From assembly GCA_023260985.1 (NCBI GenBank), contig JALRKY010000027.1, forward strand, positions 15,887-79,886: a stretch of DNA of 64,000 bases, read 5' to 3'. Below the pieces are notes generated by a model. The model saw only the letters and a program-made list of their open reading frames with translations. It did no database searches and was not told where the DNA came from. This DNA is from Altererythrobacter sp. Lineage in GTDB: Bacteria > Pseudomonadota > Alphaproteobacteria > Sphingomonadales > Sphingomonadaceae. A program made the position numbers and the translations under genes. Each line of letters begins with the position of its first letter. The stretch's first letter is position 1. Positions 28,701 to 37,702 of this stretch are shown in pieces.

Positions 28701-29198
28701 ATGAACGGATTCGTCACCCATCGCCGCCAGTTCCTCGCCGCGCTCGGCATAGGGGCCGCGCTGCCGGTTCTGGCCGCTTGCGGCTCGTCGCGGGCCGAAG
28801 CCAAGAGCTATCGGGTCCAGTTGAGCGATGCCGAATGGCGCAAGAAACTGACCAAGGACCAGTACTGGATCCTGCGCGAGGCCGGGACCGAGCGCCCCTA
28901 CAGCTCTCCGCTCAACAAGGAAAAGCGGGTGGGGACTTTTCACTGCGTCGGCTGCGGCAACGCGCTCTATTCCTCGCGGACCAAATATGACAGCAAGACG
29001 GGCTGGCCCAGCTTCTGGGCAGCGATCGACAAGGGCGCGGTGGGCACTTCGACCGACTACAAGATCGGCTATCCGCGGACCGAAGTGCACTGCGCCGATT
29101 GCGGCGGGCATCTGGGGCATATCTTCAGCGACGGGCCCGAACCGACGGGCCAAAGGCACTGCATCAACGGGCTGGCGCTGGATTTCCGCCCGGCGTAG
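28701..29198 (+). CDS. msrB: peptide-methionine (R)-S-oxide reductase, Tat signal plus lipobox
   Basis: HRRQFLAALGIGAALPVLAAC signal; zinc CxxC pairs (CVGCG, CADCG); GWPSF; catalytic RHCINGLAL. Confidence 0.9.
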   Translation: MNGFVTHRRQFLAALGIGAALPVLAACGSSRAEAKSYRVQLSDAEWRKKLTKDQYWILREAGTERPYSSPLNKEKRVGTFHCVGCGNALYSSRTKYDSKTGWPSFWAAIDKGAVGTSTDYKIGYPRTEVHCADCGGHLGHIFSDGPEPTGQRHCINGLALDFRPA

Positions 29199-29421
29199 CT
29201 TCAGGGGCAACCACATCGGTTGCGCGCGCTTCGGCAGGAGTGACGACACGCCAGACCTTGAGCGTATCCGGACCGCCCACATCGACATCGATCGCGCCGT
29301 GGCATTGGGTAGCACGCTGTTCCATCTGTTTCCCCGTTAACAATTGCAGCTTGGGGAGTGAAGGAAATTGGTTAGCGGGCGGTTAACGCAGCGGCGGCGC
29401 GCGCGCTTCCTTTTGGGCGTT

Positions 29422-30045
29422 TCAGTCCGGCAGGCCCGATGCCTGCAGGCGCGCAGCGACCAGCGCGAAATCGCGCAGCGATAAAGTGTCGTCGAACACC
29501 ACGCCATATTGGGTGTCACGCCGCCAGCGGACCTTGGCGCGGGTTTCGCGTAGGCCACCGCCCTCGAGCCGGACATTCTGGTCGAGTGCGAGCAGATCCT
29601 TGCATTCGAACCGCGCGCCTTGCTGCGAGATATTCTCGACTACCACCATCGAGCGCGTCACGCCGGCAGTGACGGTAATCGGGAATTGCAGCGCCAGCCG
29701 CAGGCCACGCTTCGGGAATTCGCTTGCTTCGCTGACAAGGCGATCGACATCGACCTGGCTAGTGAACTCGAACCCGGCTTCCTGTTCGCGCACCCAGACG
29801 CGCGACATCTCATAGGTCTGCCCGCTTTGCAGCTCGAGCGTATAGGTCGCGCAGGCGGGCAGGCTGTCGAACAGCCTGGCGCTGACGCCGGTGCTGGAAA
29901 CAGCGCGCAGGATGCAAACGAATTCGCCTTGCGGGGACAGCAGTTTGGCAGGGCGAATCAGCAGCGAATAGCGTCGCGCATTGCGCTGGTCCGCCGGTTC
30001 GGCATGATCCGTCTGCACATCTCGCGGAAAAACCGCATGATCCAT
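29422..30045 (-). CDS. tandem PilZ-domain protein
   Basis: Two RxxxR-like ... (D/N)xSxxG units: QRNARRY ... AVSSTGVSA and KRGLRL ... ENISQQGARF. Confidence 0.72.
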   Translation of the reverse strand: MDHAVFPRDVQTDHAEPADQRNARRYSLLIRPAKLLSPQGEFVCILRAVSSTGVSARLFDSLPACATYTLELQSGQTYEMSRVWVREQEAGFEFTSQVDVDRLVSEASEFPKRGLRLALQFPITVTAGVTRSMVVVENISQQGARFECKDLLALDQNVRLEGGGLRETRAKVRWRRDTQYGVVFDDTLSLRDFALVAARLQASGLPD

Positions 30046-30170
30046 CGCTGGAAACCCCTTTCCTATACGCCCCGAACTGGCCGGATGCAGTCGTTACCAC
30101 GGCCTTGCTTATCGGATTCGATCTAGGGGCATAGGGGTTAAAACGGAGCTAATTGTACTCCGGAACCGCG

Positions 30171-30253
30171 TGCGGGTGGTGGGACTCGAACCCACACGAG
30201 GGAAACCTCAGGGGATTTTAAGTCCCCGGCGTCTACCATTCCGCCACACCCGC
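30171..30253 (-). tRNA. tRNA-Leu (anticodon UAA), CCA not encoded
   Basis: Hand-folded cloverleaf: acceptor GCGGGTG/CACCCGC, 3-bp D stem, anticodon stem GGGGA/TCCCC with loop CTTAAAA, long variable arm GAGG-TTTC-CCTC, T arm GTGGG-TTCGAGT-CCCAC, discriminator A. Confidence 0.88.
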
Positions 30254-30262
30254 GCGTCGAGG

Positions 30263-30291
30263 ATCCTAGCGGCAGCGGACGCGCGCGACAA
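30263..30291 (-). promoter_or_regulatory. candidate sigma70-type promoter of tRNA-Leu
   Basis: Minus strand TTGTCG-17 nt-TAGGAT, with the -10 ending 9 nt before the first tRNA base at 30253. Confidence 0.4.
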
Positions 30292-30356
30292 CGCATCAGC
30301 GCAATCGCTGCATATTTTGCATTGACGGTGAGCGGCTTTGCCGTTGCCGCTTTCGC

Positions 30357-30638
30357 TCAGGCGTCGTTGATGCGCTTGCGCATCTCCTTGCCGGGCTTGA
30401 AATAGGGAACGCGCTTCGAAGGCACGTCCACCTTTTCGCCAGTGCGCGGGTTGCGCCCCTGGCGCGATTCGCGTTGGCGCGTGGAGAAGGCACCGAAGCC
30501 GCGCAGCTCCACCCTTCCGCCTTCGGCCAGCCGTTCGGCGATCTTTTCGAAGAAGATGTCGACCACCTGCTCGACTTCTTCCGCGCGCAATTCAGGATTG
30601 TCCCTGTGAAGCGCCTGCAGCAATTCGGATCTGATCAT
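30357..30638 (-). CDS. ihfB: integration host factor subunit beta
   Basis: MIRSELLQAL..., RVELRGFGAFSTRQRESRQGRNPRTGEKVDVPSKRVPYFKPGKEMR. Typical IHF-beta / HU-fold arm. Confidence 0.86.
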   Translation of the reverse strand: MIRSELLQALHRDNPELRAEEVEQVVDIFFEKIAERLAEGGRVELRGFGAFSTRQRESRQGRNPRTGEKVDVPSKRVPYFKPGKEMRKRINDA

Positions 30639-30832
30639 GTGCACCTCCCGCCTGCGTGCCCTCGCCGATCAAAAAACCGGCGAGCCTATCTTATGGCAAT
30701 CCTCGCGGCACTGCTTCGACCCAAAAGCATCTCCGGGTCCCATTTTTGCCGTGCCACATAAGGAGGCGGGTCGCAAGGTCGGCAGGCGATTTTTTGCTTT
30801 TCAATAGGTGCTTGGAATAAGACGCAGAATTG

Positions 30833-31171
30833 TCAGGCTTCCTCGAGGAGTTCAGCCAGGTCGATTCCGAGGCGCTCCATCCGGGCCCGGATTTCGGGCC
30901 ATTCATTGCGCAGGAAGCTGTCGCGCTCGCGATTGCCCAGCCGGTCGGCCGCGCCGGCGACTACATACATGCCTACGCCGCGCTGGACTTCTATCAGGCC
31001 GTCGTTCTGGAACTGCTGGTAGGCCTTGGCCACGGTCAACGGATTGGCGCCTTTCTCGGCTGCAAGCGCGCGCACCGAAGGCAGCATGTCGCCCTCTGCA
31101 TAGCGCCCCTCGATGATGGCAGCCGCGATCTGGTCGCGCAGCTTCAGGTAAACGGGTCGGTTCTGGCTCAT
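30833..31171 (-). CDS. short GntR-family transcriptional regulator (winged-helix only, YhcF-like)
   Basis: PVYLKLRDQIAAAIIEGRYAEGDMLPSVRALAAEKGANPLTVAKAYQQFQNDGLIEVQRGVGMYV, 112 aa. Confidence 0.8.
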   Translation of the reverse strand: MSQNRPVYLKLRDQIAAAIIEGRYAEGDMLPSVRALAAEKGANPLTVAKAYQQFQNDGLIEVQRGVGMYVVAGAADRLGNRERDSFLRNEWPEIRARMERLGIDLAELLEEA

Positions 31172-31365
31172 AATTCCCTCGCGATAAGTGCCTCAGTGCC
31201 ATAATACAGCCATGCGCGTCAAGTTCCCGGTCTTCCGACGAACGACATGCGGCAAGTGGTTTCGCCTGCAACTAAGGCTTCACATGAGCGATTGAGGCGT
31301 TAGGGTGCCTCTCAAAGGGAGGGCATGCCGCGCGCTGCCTGCAAGGACTATTGGGGAGGGCCTTC

Positions 31366-33009
31366 GTGTCGCTTGAAGAAATCATCGTCGCCGTTGCGGC
31401 GTCGTTCCTGTTGCTGCTTCTGATCGGCGGCGCAACCATCGTAACCTCATCGAAAGCAGAATTTGCCGGGCACCCCAAGGGGCTGTTCGTGCTGTTCTTC
31501 GCCGAGATGTGGGAGCGCTTCTCCTATTACGGCATGCGCGCGCTGCTGATTTTCTACCTGACGCAACACTGGCTCTTCAATGACGAGAAGGCCTCGGTCA
31601 TTTATGGCGCCTATACAGCGCTAGTCTATATCGCGCCGGTGCTCGGCGGCTATCTCGCCGACAAATATCTCGGGCAGCGCAAGGCGGTGCTCTTTGGCGC
31701 AGTCCTGCTCACGATCGGCCACTTCCTGATGGCCCTCGAGGGCGAGGGAACATTGGGTCAGGCCAACCCGATGATCGACATCTTCTGGGCGGCGCTGGCC
31801 TTCATCATCGTCGGCTCGGGCTTCCTCAAGGCCAATATCTCGGTGATCGTGGGCCAGCTTTACCCGCGCACCGACATCCGCCGCGACGGCGCCTACACCA
31901 TCTTCTACATGGGGATTAACGTCGGCGCGGCAGTTGGCACGATCATCGCCGGCTATCTCGGCCAGACCTATGGCTGGGCCTATGGCTTCGGCGCAGCGGG
32001 CATCGGCATGCTGCTCGGCCTGGTCGTCTTCATCGTGTTCAAGCCGCTGCTGCTGGGCAAGGGCGAAAGCTCGGCGCCCGAAAAGCTTGCCGCCCCCTAC
32101 ATGGGCCTCAAGTTCGAATGGTTCCTCTACCTCGTCGGCTTCGGCGCGGTGGCAGTAACCTGGTGGCTGGTGCAGAATCAGGCGATCGTCGGGACCATTC
32201 TCGGCGTGTTCGGCCTTGCGCTGGTCGCTTTCGTGATCTGGGAAGCGATCAAGATCGGCGGGCAAGACCGTGATCGTATCTTCGCTGCGATGTTCCTGAT
32301 CATCGGTTCGGTCCTGTTCTGGGCATTGTTCGAACAGGCGGGCTCAAGCCTCAACCTCTTCACTGACCGCTATGTCGACCGCGCAGGCGTCTCGGCATCG
32401 ATTTTCCAATCAATCAACCCGATCTACATCATCATGCTGGCGCCGCTGTTTGCGGGCCTGTGGACCTGGCTGGGCAAGAAGGGGCTCGAGCCCTCGACCC
32501 CGGCCAAGTTCGGCCTGGCACTGATCCAGCTGGGCGCGGGCTTCCTAGTGCTGGTGTTTGGCGCCAATGCCGTCGGCATGGAGAACATGACTCCGGTTAT
32601 CTTCGTCTTTCTGATTTACCTCCTGCACACCACGGGCGAGCTCTGCCTCAGCCCTGTGGGCCTCTCGGCGATGAACCGACTGGCCCCCGCGCATATGGCG
32701 TCGCTGATCATGGGCACATGGTTCTTCGCTTCGGCCACGGGCAATTTCGTGGCCGGCTTGATCGCAGCAGCGACCGGTTCCGAAGCCGCTTCCGGCGAAG
32801 GTGCAGCGAAGGAAACCGTACTCGCGGTCTATAGCCAGATTGGCTGGATTACGGTCGCGGTTGGTGTGGGCGTCATCGTGATCAGTCCGCTGGTCAAGAA
32901 GCTGATGCATCTCGACACGCTTAAAGATGACGATCTTGAAGGCACTGCCGCAGCAGGGCTTGAAGCGCAGGAAGCCGGGGTTCACCCCAATTCGCGCCCT
33001 TCATCCTGA
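31366..33009 (+). CDS. POT/PTR2 family di-/tripeptide:proton symporter
   Basis: FAEMWERFSYYGMRALLIFYL signature and 14 TM-like segments. The track start is TTG 31351, inside GGGGAGGG. I prefer GTG 31366, 7 nt after that SD. Confidence 0.88.
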   Translation: MSLEEIIVAVAASFLLLLLIGGATIVTSSKAEFAGHPKGLFVLFFAEMWERFSYYGMRALLIFYLTQHWLFNDEKASVIYGAYTALVYIAPVLGGYLADKYLGQRKAVLFGAVLLTIGHFLMALEGEGTLGQANPMIDIFWAALAFIIVGSGFLKANISVIVGQLYPRTDIRRDGAYTIFYMGINVGAAVGTIIAGYLGQTYGWAYGFGAAGIGMLLGLVVFIVFKPLLLGKGESSAPEKLAAPYMGLKFEWFLYLVGFGAVAVTWWLVQNQAIVGTILGVFGLALVAFVIWEAIKIGGQDRDRIFAAMFLIIGSVLFWALFEQAGSSLNLFTDRYVDRAGVSASIFQSINPIYIIMLAPLFAGLWTWLGKKGLEPSTPAKFGLALIQLGAGFLVLVFGANAVGMENMTPVIFVFLIYLLHTTGELCLSPVGLSAMNRLAPAHMASLIMGTWFFASATGNFVAGLIAAATGSEAASGEGAAKETVLAVYSQIGWITVAVGVGVIVISPLVKKLMHLDTLKDDDLEGTAAAGLEAQEAGVHPNSRPSS

Positions 33010-33026
33010 TAGTATGCATGCAATGC

Positions 33027-33056
33027 GGAGCCCGGTACGCCGGGCTCCATAAATCT
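33027..33056 (+). terminator. hairpin after the POT gene (weak terminator)
   Basis: GGAGCCCGG-TACG-CCGGGCTCC followed by ATAAATCT. The U-tract is poor. Confidence 0.4.
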
Positions 33057-33081
33057 GGTCGCAACCATCAAGGGGACGCAT

Positions 33082-34473
33082 ATGTCACGCGTAACGCGCG
33101 CACTCGCAGGCCTCGGGAGCGCACTCGCGCTCGCCGCCTGCGCCACCACTTCAGGGGCCGACGCCGGTGCGGAGACAGCCTCTGCCTCGAAGCCGGTTTC
33201 GCCGGAATTCAACAAGAACCCCTATCCCTCCACCTATCGCCCCTACCCCGGCGAGCCGACCGCGCTGGTCGGCGCGACGGTGTTCGACGGGACCGGGGCG
33301 CAGCTCGACAATGCCACCGTGCTGCTGCGCGACGGCAAGGTCGAAGCGGTGGGCGCGGGGCTCGACACGTCAGGCTATGCGGTGATCGACGCACGCGGCA
33401 AGTTCGTGACCCCCGGGGTGATCGACATCCACTCGCACCTTGGCGACTATCCGACCCCGTCGGTGCCTGCGCATTCGGACGGCAATGAAGCGACTTCGCC
33501 GAGCACGCCCGACGTCTGGTCCGAACATTCGGTGTGGCCGCAGGATCCGGGCTTCACTCGCGCGCTCGCCAATGGCGGTGTCACTTCGCTGCAGACCCTG
33601 CCCGGCTCGGCCAACCTTGTCGGAGGGCGCACCGTCACGCTCAAGAACGTGCCTAGCCGCACGGTGCAGGGGATGAAGTTCCCCGGCGCGCCCTATGGCA
33701 TGAAAATGGCCTGCGGCGAGAATCCCAAGCGCGTCTATGGCTCGCGCAACCGCATGCCTTCCACACGGATGGGCAATTTCGCGGTCAATCGCCAGACCTG
33801 GCTCGACGCCCAGGCCTATGCAAAGGACGACAAGAAGAAACGCGACCTTGCCAAGGAAACGCTGCAAGGCGTGCTTGAGGGCGAAATCCTGGTCCACAAC
33901 CATTGCTACCGCGCCGACGAAATGGCGCTGGTGATGGATATGGCGAAGGAGATGGGATACCGCGTCACCGCCTTCCACCACGCAGTCGAGAGCTACAAGA
34001 TCGGCGACCTTTTGCGCGAAAACGACGTATGCAGCGCGATCTGGGCCGATTGGTACGGCTTCAAAATGGAAAGCTATGACGGGATTCCCGAAAACGCCGC
34101 TTTGCTGCAGCAGGCGGGCGCTTGCGTGGTGATCCATTCGGATGACGAGAACGGCATCCAGCGCCTCAACCAGGAAGCCGCCAAGGCGCAGGCTGCGGGT
34201 GCCCGCATGGGCATCGCCATTCCTGATGGCCAGGTGGTCCGCTGGTTCACGCTCAACGCCGCCAAGGCGATGGGGATCGATTCCATGACCGGCAGCCTCG
34301 AACCCGGCAAGATGGGCGATGTGGTGCTGTGGAACGGCGACCCGCTGAGCGTCTATTCGCGACCCGAAAAGGTGTGGGTCGACGGCGCGCTGCTGTTCGA
34401 TGCGGACGATCCGAAGCGACGCCCGGTGAGCGACTTCGAGCTCGGCCAGCAAGGCGAAGGAGACGTGAAATGA
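33082..34473 (+). CDS. exported amidohydrolase-superfamily protein (dipeptidase-like)
   Basis: Lipoprotein-type signal GSALALAACA, metal motif VIDIHSHLG, HNHCYRADE, VVIHSDD. SD AAGGGGA before ATG 33082. Confidence 0.8.
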   Translation: MSRVTRALAGLGSALALAACATTSGADAGAETASASKPVSPEFNKNPYPSTYRPYPGEPTALVGATVFDGTGAQLDNATVLLRDGKVEAVGAGLDTSGYAVIDARGKFVTPGVIDIHSHLGDYPTPSVPAHSDGNEATSPSTPDVWSEHSVWPQDPGFTRALANGGVTSLQTLPGSANLVGGRTVTLKNVPSRTVQGMKFPGAPYGMKMACGENPKRVYGSRNRMPSTRMGNFAVNRQTWLDAQAYAKDDKKKRDLAKETLQGVLEGEILVHNHCYRADEMALVMDMAKEMGYRVTAFHHAVESYKIGDLLRENDVCSAIWADWYGFKMESYDGIPENAALLQQAGACVVIHSDDENGIQRLNQEAAKAQAAGARMGIAIPDGQVVRWFTLNAAKAMGIDSMTGSLEPGKMGDVVLWNGDPLSVYSRPEKVWVDGALLFDADDPKRRPVSDFELGQQGEGDVK

Positions 34474-35759
34474 TCCGTGCTTCGCTTCTCGCAGCCAGTG
34501 CTGCAGCCATCGCTCTCGCGACTCCAGCCACAGCGCAGGACTTCGCGATCACCAACGCCACCGTCGCCACCGGTGACGGCAGCGCGCCGATCGCCAACGC
34601 CACGGTGGTGGTGCGCGGCGGCAGGATCGCGGCTGTCGGCGCTGAGGTCCGCCCCGATCCTTCGCTCCCGACAATCGATGGGACCGGCCTCTGGGTTACG
34701 CCCGGACTGATCGCGGCAGTGACTACCCTTGGCCTGGTCGACGTGAACGGCGTCGAATCGAGCAATGACACCAGCGCAAGCCGGGCACGCTTCAATGCCG
34801 CACTCGACGTTGCGCCCGCGATCAATCCCGCTTCGCAGCACATCAAGGTCGGCCGTGCCAATGGCATCACCCGCGCGGTGATCTCCGGCGGCGCGTCGAA
34901 CTCGATCTTCGCGGGCCAGGGCGCAGTGATCGACCTGGGCGACGATCCTTCGCCGGTTACGAAGGCAAAGGCGTTCCAGATGGTGACGCTGTCCGAAAGT
35001 GGTTCGCGGATCGCCGGGGGCAGCCGCAAGGCAAGCCACGCCGAACTGCGCAATGCACTTCGCGAAGCGCTGGACTTTGCCGCAGGGCGCTGGAGCGGCG
35101 AGGATAACCTCCTCACCCGCGCCGATGCCGAAGCGCTGGGGCCCGTCGTCGCAGGCACGCAACAGCTCTTCGTCGAGGCGCATCGCGCTTCCGACATCCG
35201 TACGGTCATCGCGCTGGGCAAGGAATTCCCGCGGCTTCGCCTCGTGCTGGTTGGCGCGACCGAAGGCTGGCTGGTGGCGCAGGAACTGGCGGCTTCGGGC
35301 ATTCCGGTGATGGCCGAAAGCCTGCAGGACTTGCCCGAACGGTTCGAACAGATCGCCGCCACGCAGAGCAATATCGGCCGCATGCGCGCTGCCGGGGTCA
35401 ATGTGTCGATCAATGCGGATTCGATCCGCTTCACCGACCATCTGAAGCAGCACGCGGGCAATCTGGTCGCGCTTGGGCGCATGTCCGGCGCTGCCGGGCT
35501 GAGCTGGGGCGAAGCGCTCGCCACGATTAGCTCGCGGCCAGCCGAAGCGGTTGGCATGGGCGGCAAGATCGGCGTGCTCAAGCCGGGCGCGGCCGGCGAC
35601 GTCGTGATCTGGGACGGCGATCCGCTTGAAGTGTCGAGCGGGGCTGTGCAGGTGTTCATCGATGGCGTCGAACAACCGCTCGACAACCATCGTACTCGCC
35701 TGCGCGACCGCTATCGCGACCTCGATGAGAGCGACTTGCCCAAGGCCTTCGACTGGTAG
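34470..35759 (+). CDS. exported amidohydrolase-superfamily protein (paralogous partner)
   Basis: Start ATG 34470 overlaps the previous stop (ATGA). Signal MIRASLLAASAAAIALATPATAQ; GDVVIWDGDPLE C-terminal motif is shared with the upstream gene (GDVVLWNGDPLS). Confidence 0.78.
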   Translation: MIRASLLAASAAAIALATPATAQDFAITNATVATGDGSAPIANATVVVRGGRIAAVGAEVRPDPSLPTIDGTGLWVTPGLIAAVTTLGLVDVNGVESSNDTSASRARFNAALDVAPAINPASQHIKVGRANGITRAVISGGASNSIFAGQGAVIDLGDDPSPVTKAKAFQMVTLSESGSRIAGGSRKASHAELRNALREALDFAAGRWSGEDNLLTRADAEALGPVVAGTQQLFVEAHRASDIRTVIALGKEFPRLRLVLVGATEGWLVAQELAASGIPVMAESLQDLPERFEQIAATQSNIGRMRAAGVNVSINADSIRFTDHLKQHAGNLVALGRMSGAAGLSWGEALATISSRPAEAVGMGGKIGVLKPGAAGDVVIWDGDPLEVSSGAVQVFIDGVEQPLDNHRTRLRDRYRDLDESDLPKAFDW

Positions 35760-35837
35760 CATCCACGGTGAGCCGGCAGCGCCGGCTTGCCTTTTGCGGC
35801 TCCATGTGACCAATTCCCCCGCAAGGGAGAATGGATC

Positions 35838-36512
35838 ATGGACAATACCTTGGCCGAAGTGGTCGCAGCCAATGTGGCTTTTGTCGGTTCGCATTTCGCG
35901 ATGTCGCACCCGCTGCGCGCGCCGATGGTGAAGCTGCTGCGCGAGGGCGGCTTCAGCTTCGCCTACACGCTGGTCAGTTTCGCCACGCTCTATTGGGTCT
36001 ATGCCGCCTTCACCAAGGCTCCGGCGGGCGATCTTGGTGGCTCGGGCGAAGCGGGATGGATCATCGCAACTGTGCTGACCTTGCCGGCAATGGTGCTGTT
36101 CGCCGGATCGATGGCGGGTAATCCTGCACTGCCGACGCCTGCCGCCGCCAAGCAGGCGATGGCTGAGCCCAAAGGCGTGTTCCGCGTCACCCGGCACCCG
36201 ATGATGTGGGGCTTCGGCCTGTGGGCGCTGTCGCACATCGTGCTGTGGTGGAGCTGGCGCGGAGTGATCACCGCGCTTGCGATGGGCATATTGGCGCTGG
36301 TCGGGGCGCATCTGCAGGATCGCAAGAAACGCGAGCAGATGGGTGACGCCTGGGCCAACTGGGAAAGCCACACCAGCTATTGGCCGAAGCTGGACAAGCT
36401 GTTTTCGGTCGGCCTGCTGTGGTGGGCGATCGGGCTGGGCCTGTGGCTGGCGATAAGCTGGGCGCACGGCCCGCTGGGCGGCATCGAAGGCGGGATCTGG
36501 CGCTGGTTCTGA
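35838..36512 (+). CDS. NnrU family membrane protein
   Basis: Start ATG 35838, 7 nt after GGGAGA. Hydrophobic helices and TRHPMMWGFGLWALSHIVL motif. Confidence 0.72.
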   Translation: MDNTLAEVVAANVAFVGSHFAMSHPLRAPMVKLLREGGFSFAYTLVSFATLYWVYAAFTKAPAGDLGGSGEAGWIIATVLTLPAMVLFAGSMAGNPALPTPAAAKQAMAEPKGVFRVTRHPMMWGFGLWALSHIVLWWSWRGVITALAMGILALVGAHLQDRKKREQMGDAWANWESHTSYWPKLDKLFSVGLLWWAIGLGLWLAISWAHGPLGGIEGGIWRWF

Positions 36513-36655
36513 CATCCCGGAAGTGCGACTTCGCCAGCGGCAAGGTGTCTCCCCTGCGCCACCGGTAATCGTATTCAGATAACGGATACTAACCTTTTAT
36601 TTGTCTTAGCAGCCAATAGCCTACAGATAGGCCGCCGGGGGCAGAAAGGTTAGGC

Positions 36656-37693
36656 ATGACAATTTCGCTCGCATCCGCGGCCCTGATGGCATCGTCGGCC
36701 CCGCTTGCGTCTGCACTCCCCCAGCCGGTTTTGGTACAGGCGGTGCAGGAAGTTCCCCCCGAGGAGCTGCCCGAGGAGGCGCCCGCCGAGGAACGGCCCG
36801 CCACAGCCGAGCCCCAGGCGGAGGCTCAGGACCCGACCCAGGGCAATGTCATCGTGGTCAGCGCCGAAGCGCGCGACCCGCTCAAGGACCCGCTCGAGAA
36901 CGTCAACGCTGCAACCTTCGAACTTACGCAGAAGGTGGACCAGGCCGTGGTCGCGCCGATTGCCGAGGTTTACGAGGAAGATCTGCCCAGCCCGTTGCGC
37001 AAGGGCCTGCGGAATTTCTTTCGCAACCTGATGGAGCCGGTCAACGCGCTCAACTTCCTGCTGCAGCTGAAGCCGGGCAAGGCCGTTGAGACTGTCGGTC
37101 GCTTCGCGATCAACACCACCGTCGGGGTGGGCGGGCTGTTCGACGTCGCAAAGAAGGAACCGTTCAAGCTTCCCCATCGCCGCAACGGCTTCGGCAATAC
37201 GCTGGGCTATTACGGGGTCGGGCCGGGGCCATTCCTGGTGGTACCGCTGGTGGGCGCGACCACGCTGCGCGACCTGATCGGCACCGGGATCGACCAGTCG
37301 ATCCTGCCCTTCGCAGTCGGCAAGCCGTTCAACACGCCCTATTACGCGCTCCCCGCCTTCACGGTGAATTCGCTCGAATACCGGATCAAGTTCGACGACC
37401 AGATCACGCAGATCAACACGAGCGACGATCCCTATTACGCGATGCGCGAGACCTATCTGTGCCAGCGCGAAGCCGAGATCGCCGCACTCAAGAACCGCCC
37501 GCCGCCGCGCGATTGCAGCATCGAGGCGATCATGGCGGGCCCGCCGCTTCCCGAAGGGCCGCTGGCCGAGACCGTCGAAACGATCATCGCAGAGCCGGTC
37601 GAGCAAGTGGAGCCCGAAACTGTAGCCGAGCCGGAACCGCCAGCGATCGTCTATATCAGCAAGGAAGTGGTGCAGCCTCTGCCCGAGAGCTGA
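36656..37693 (+). CDS. mlaA: MlaA/VacJ family lipoprotein with acidic Pro-rich extensions
   Basis: Core RNFFRNLMEPVNALNFLLQ, INTTVGVGGLFDVA, GPFLVVPLVGATTLRD. About 60 aa N-terminal and about 50 aa C-terminal P/E-rich tails. Confidence 0.8.
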   Translation: MTISLASAALMASSAPLASALPQPVLVQAVQEVPPEELPEEAPAEERPATAEPQAEAQDPTQGNVIVVSAEARDPLKDPLENVNAATFELTQKVDQAVVAPIAEVYEEDLPSPLRKGLRNFFRNLMEPVNALNFLLQLKPGKAVETVGRFAINTTVGVGGLFDVAKKEPFKLPHRRNGFGNTLGYYGVGPGPFLVVPLVGATTLRDLIGTGIDQSILPFAVGKPFNTPYYALPAFTVNSLEYRIKFDDQITQINTSDDPYYAMRETYLCQREAEIAALKNRPPPRDCSIEAIMAGPPLPEGPLAETVETIIAEPVEQVEPETVAEPEPPAIVYISKEVVQPLPES

Positions 37694-37702
37694 TCTGCCG
37701 GG

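Noticed and set aside
29164-29325. A 53-codon minus-strand ORF (MEQRATQCHGAIDVDV...) with a GGGGAA SD-like sequence between msrB and the PilZ gene.
   Set aside because: GC3 is only about 57 % by my count, well below real genes here, and it overlaps the msrB 3' end by 35 nt. It is probably non-coding.
30046-30356. A genomic island or integrated element at tRNA-Leu.
   Set aside because: There is no integrase, no direct repeat of the tRNA 3' end that I could see, and the flanking genes (PilZ, ihfB) have native-like GC.
34353-36515. A 720-aa minus-strand ORF spanning the second amidohydrolase and NnrU genes.
   Set aside because: It is antisense to two motif-supported genes and crosses their intergenic gap. 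It has low-complexity Arg/Ala/Gly composition with no recognisable domain.
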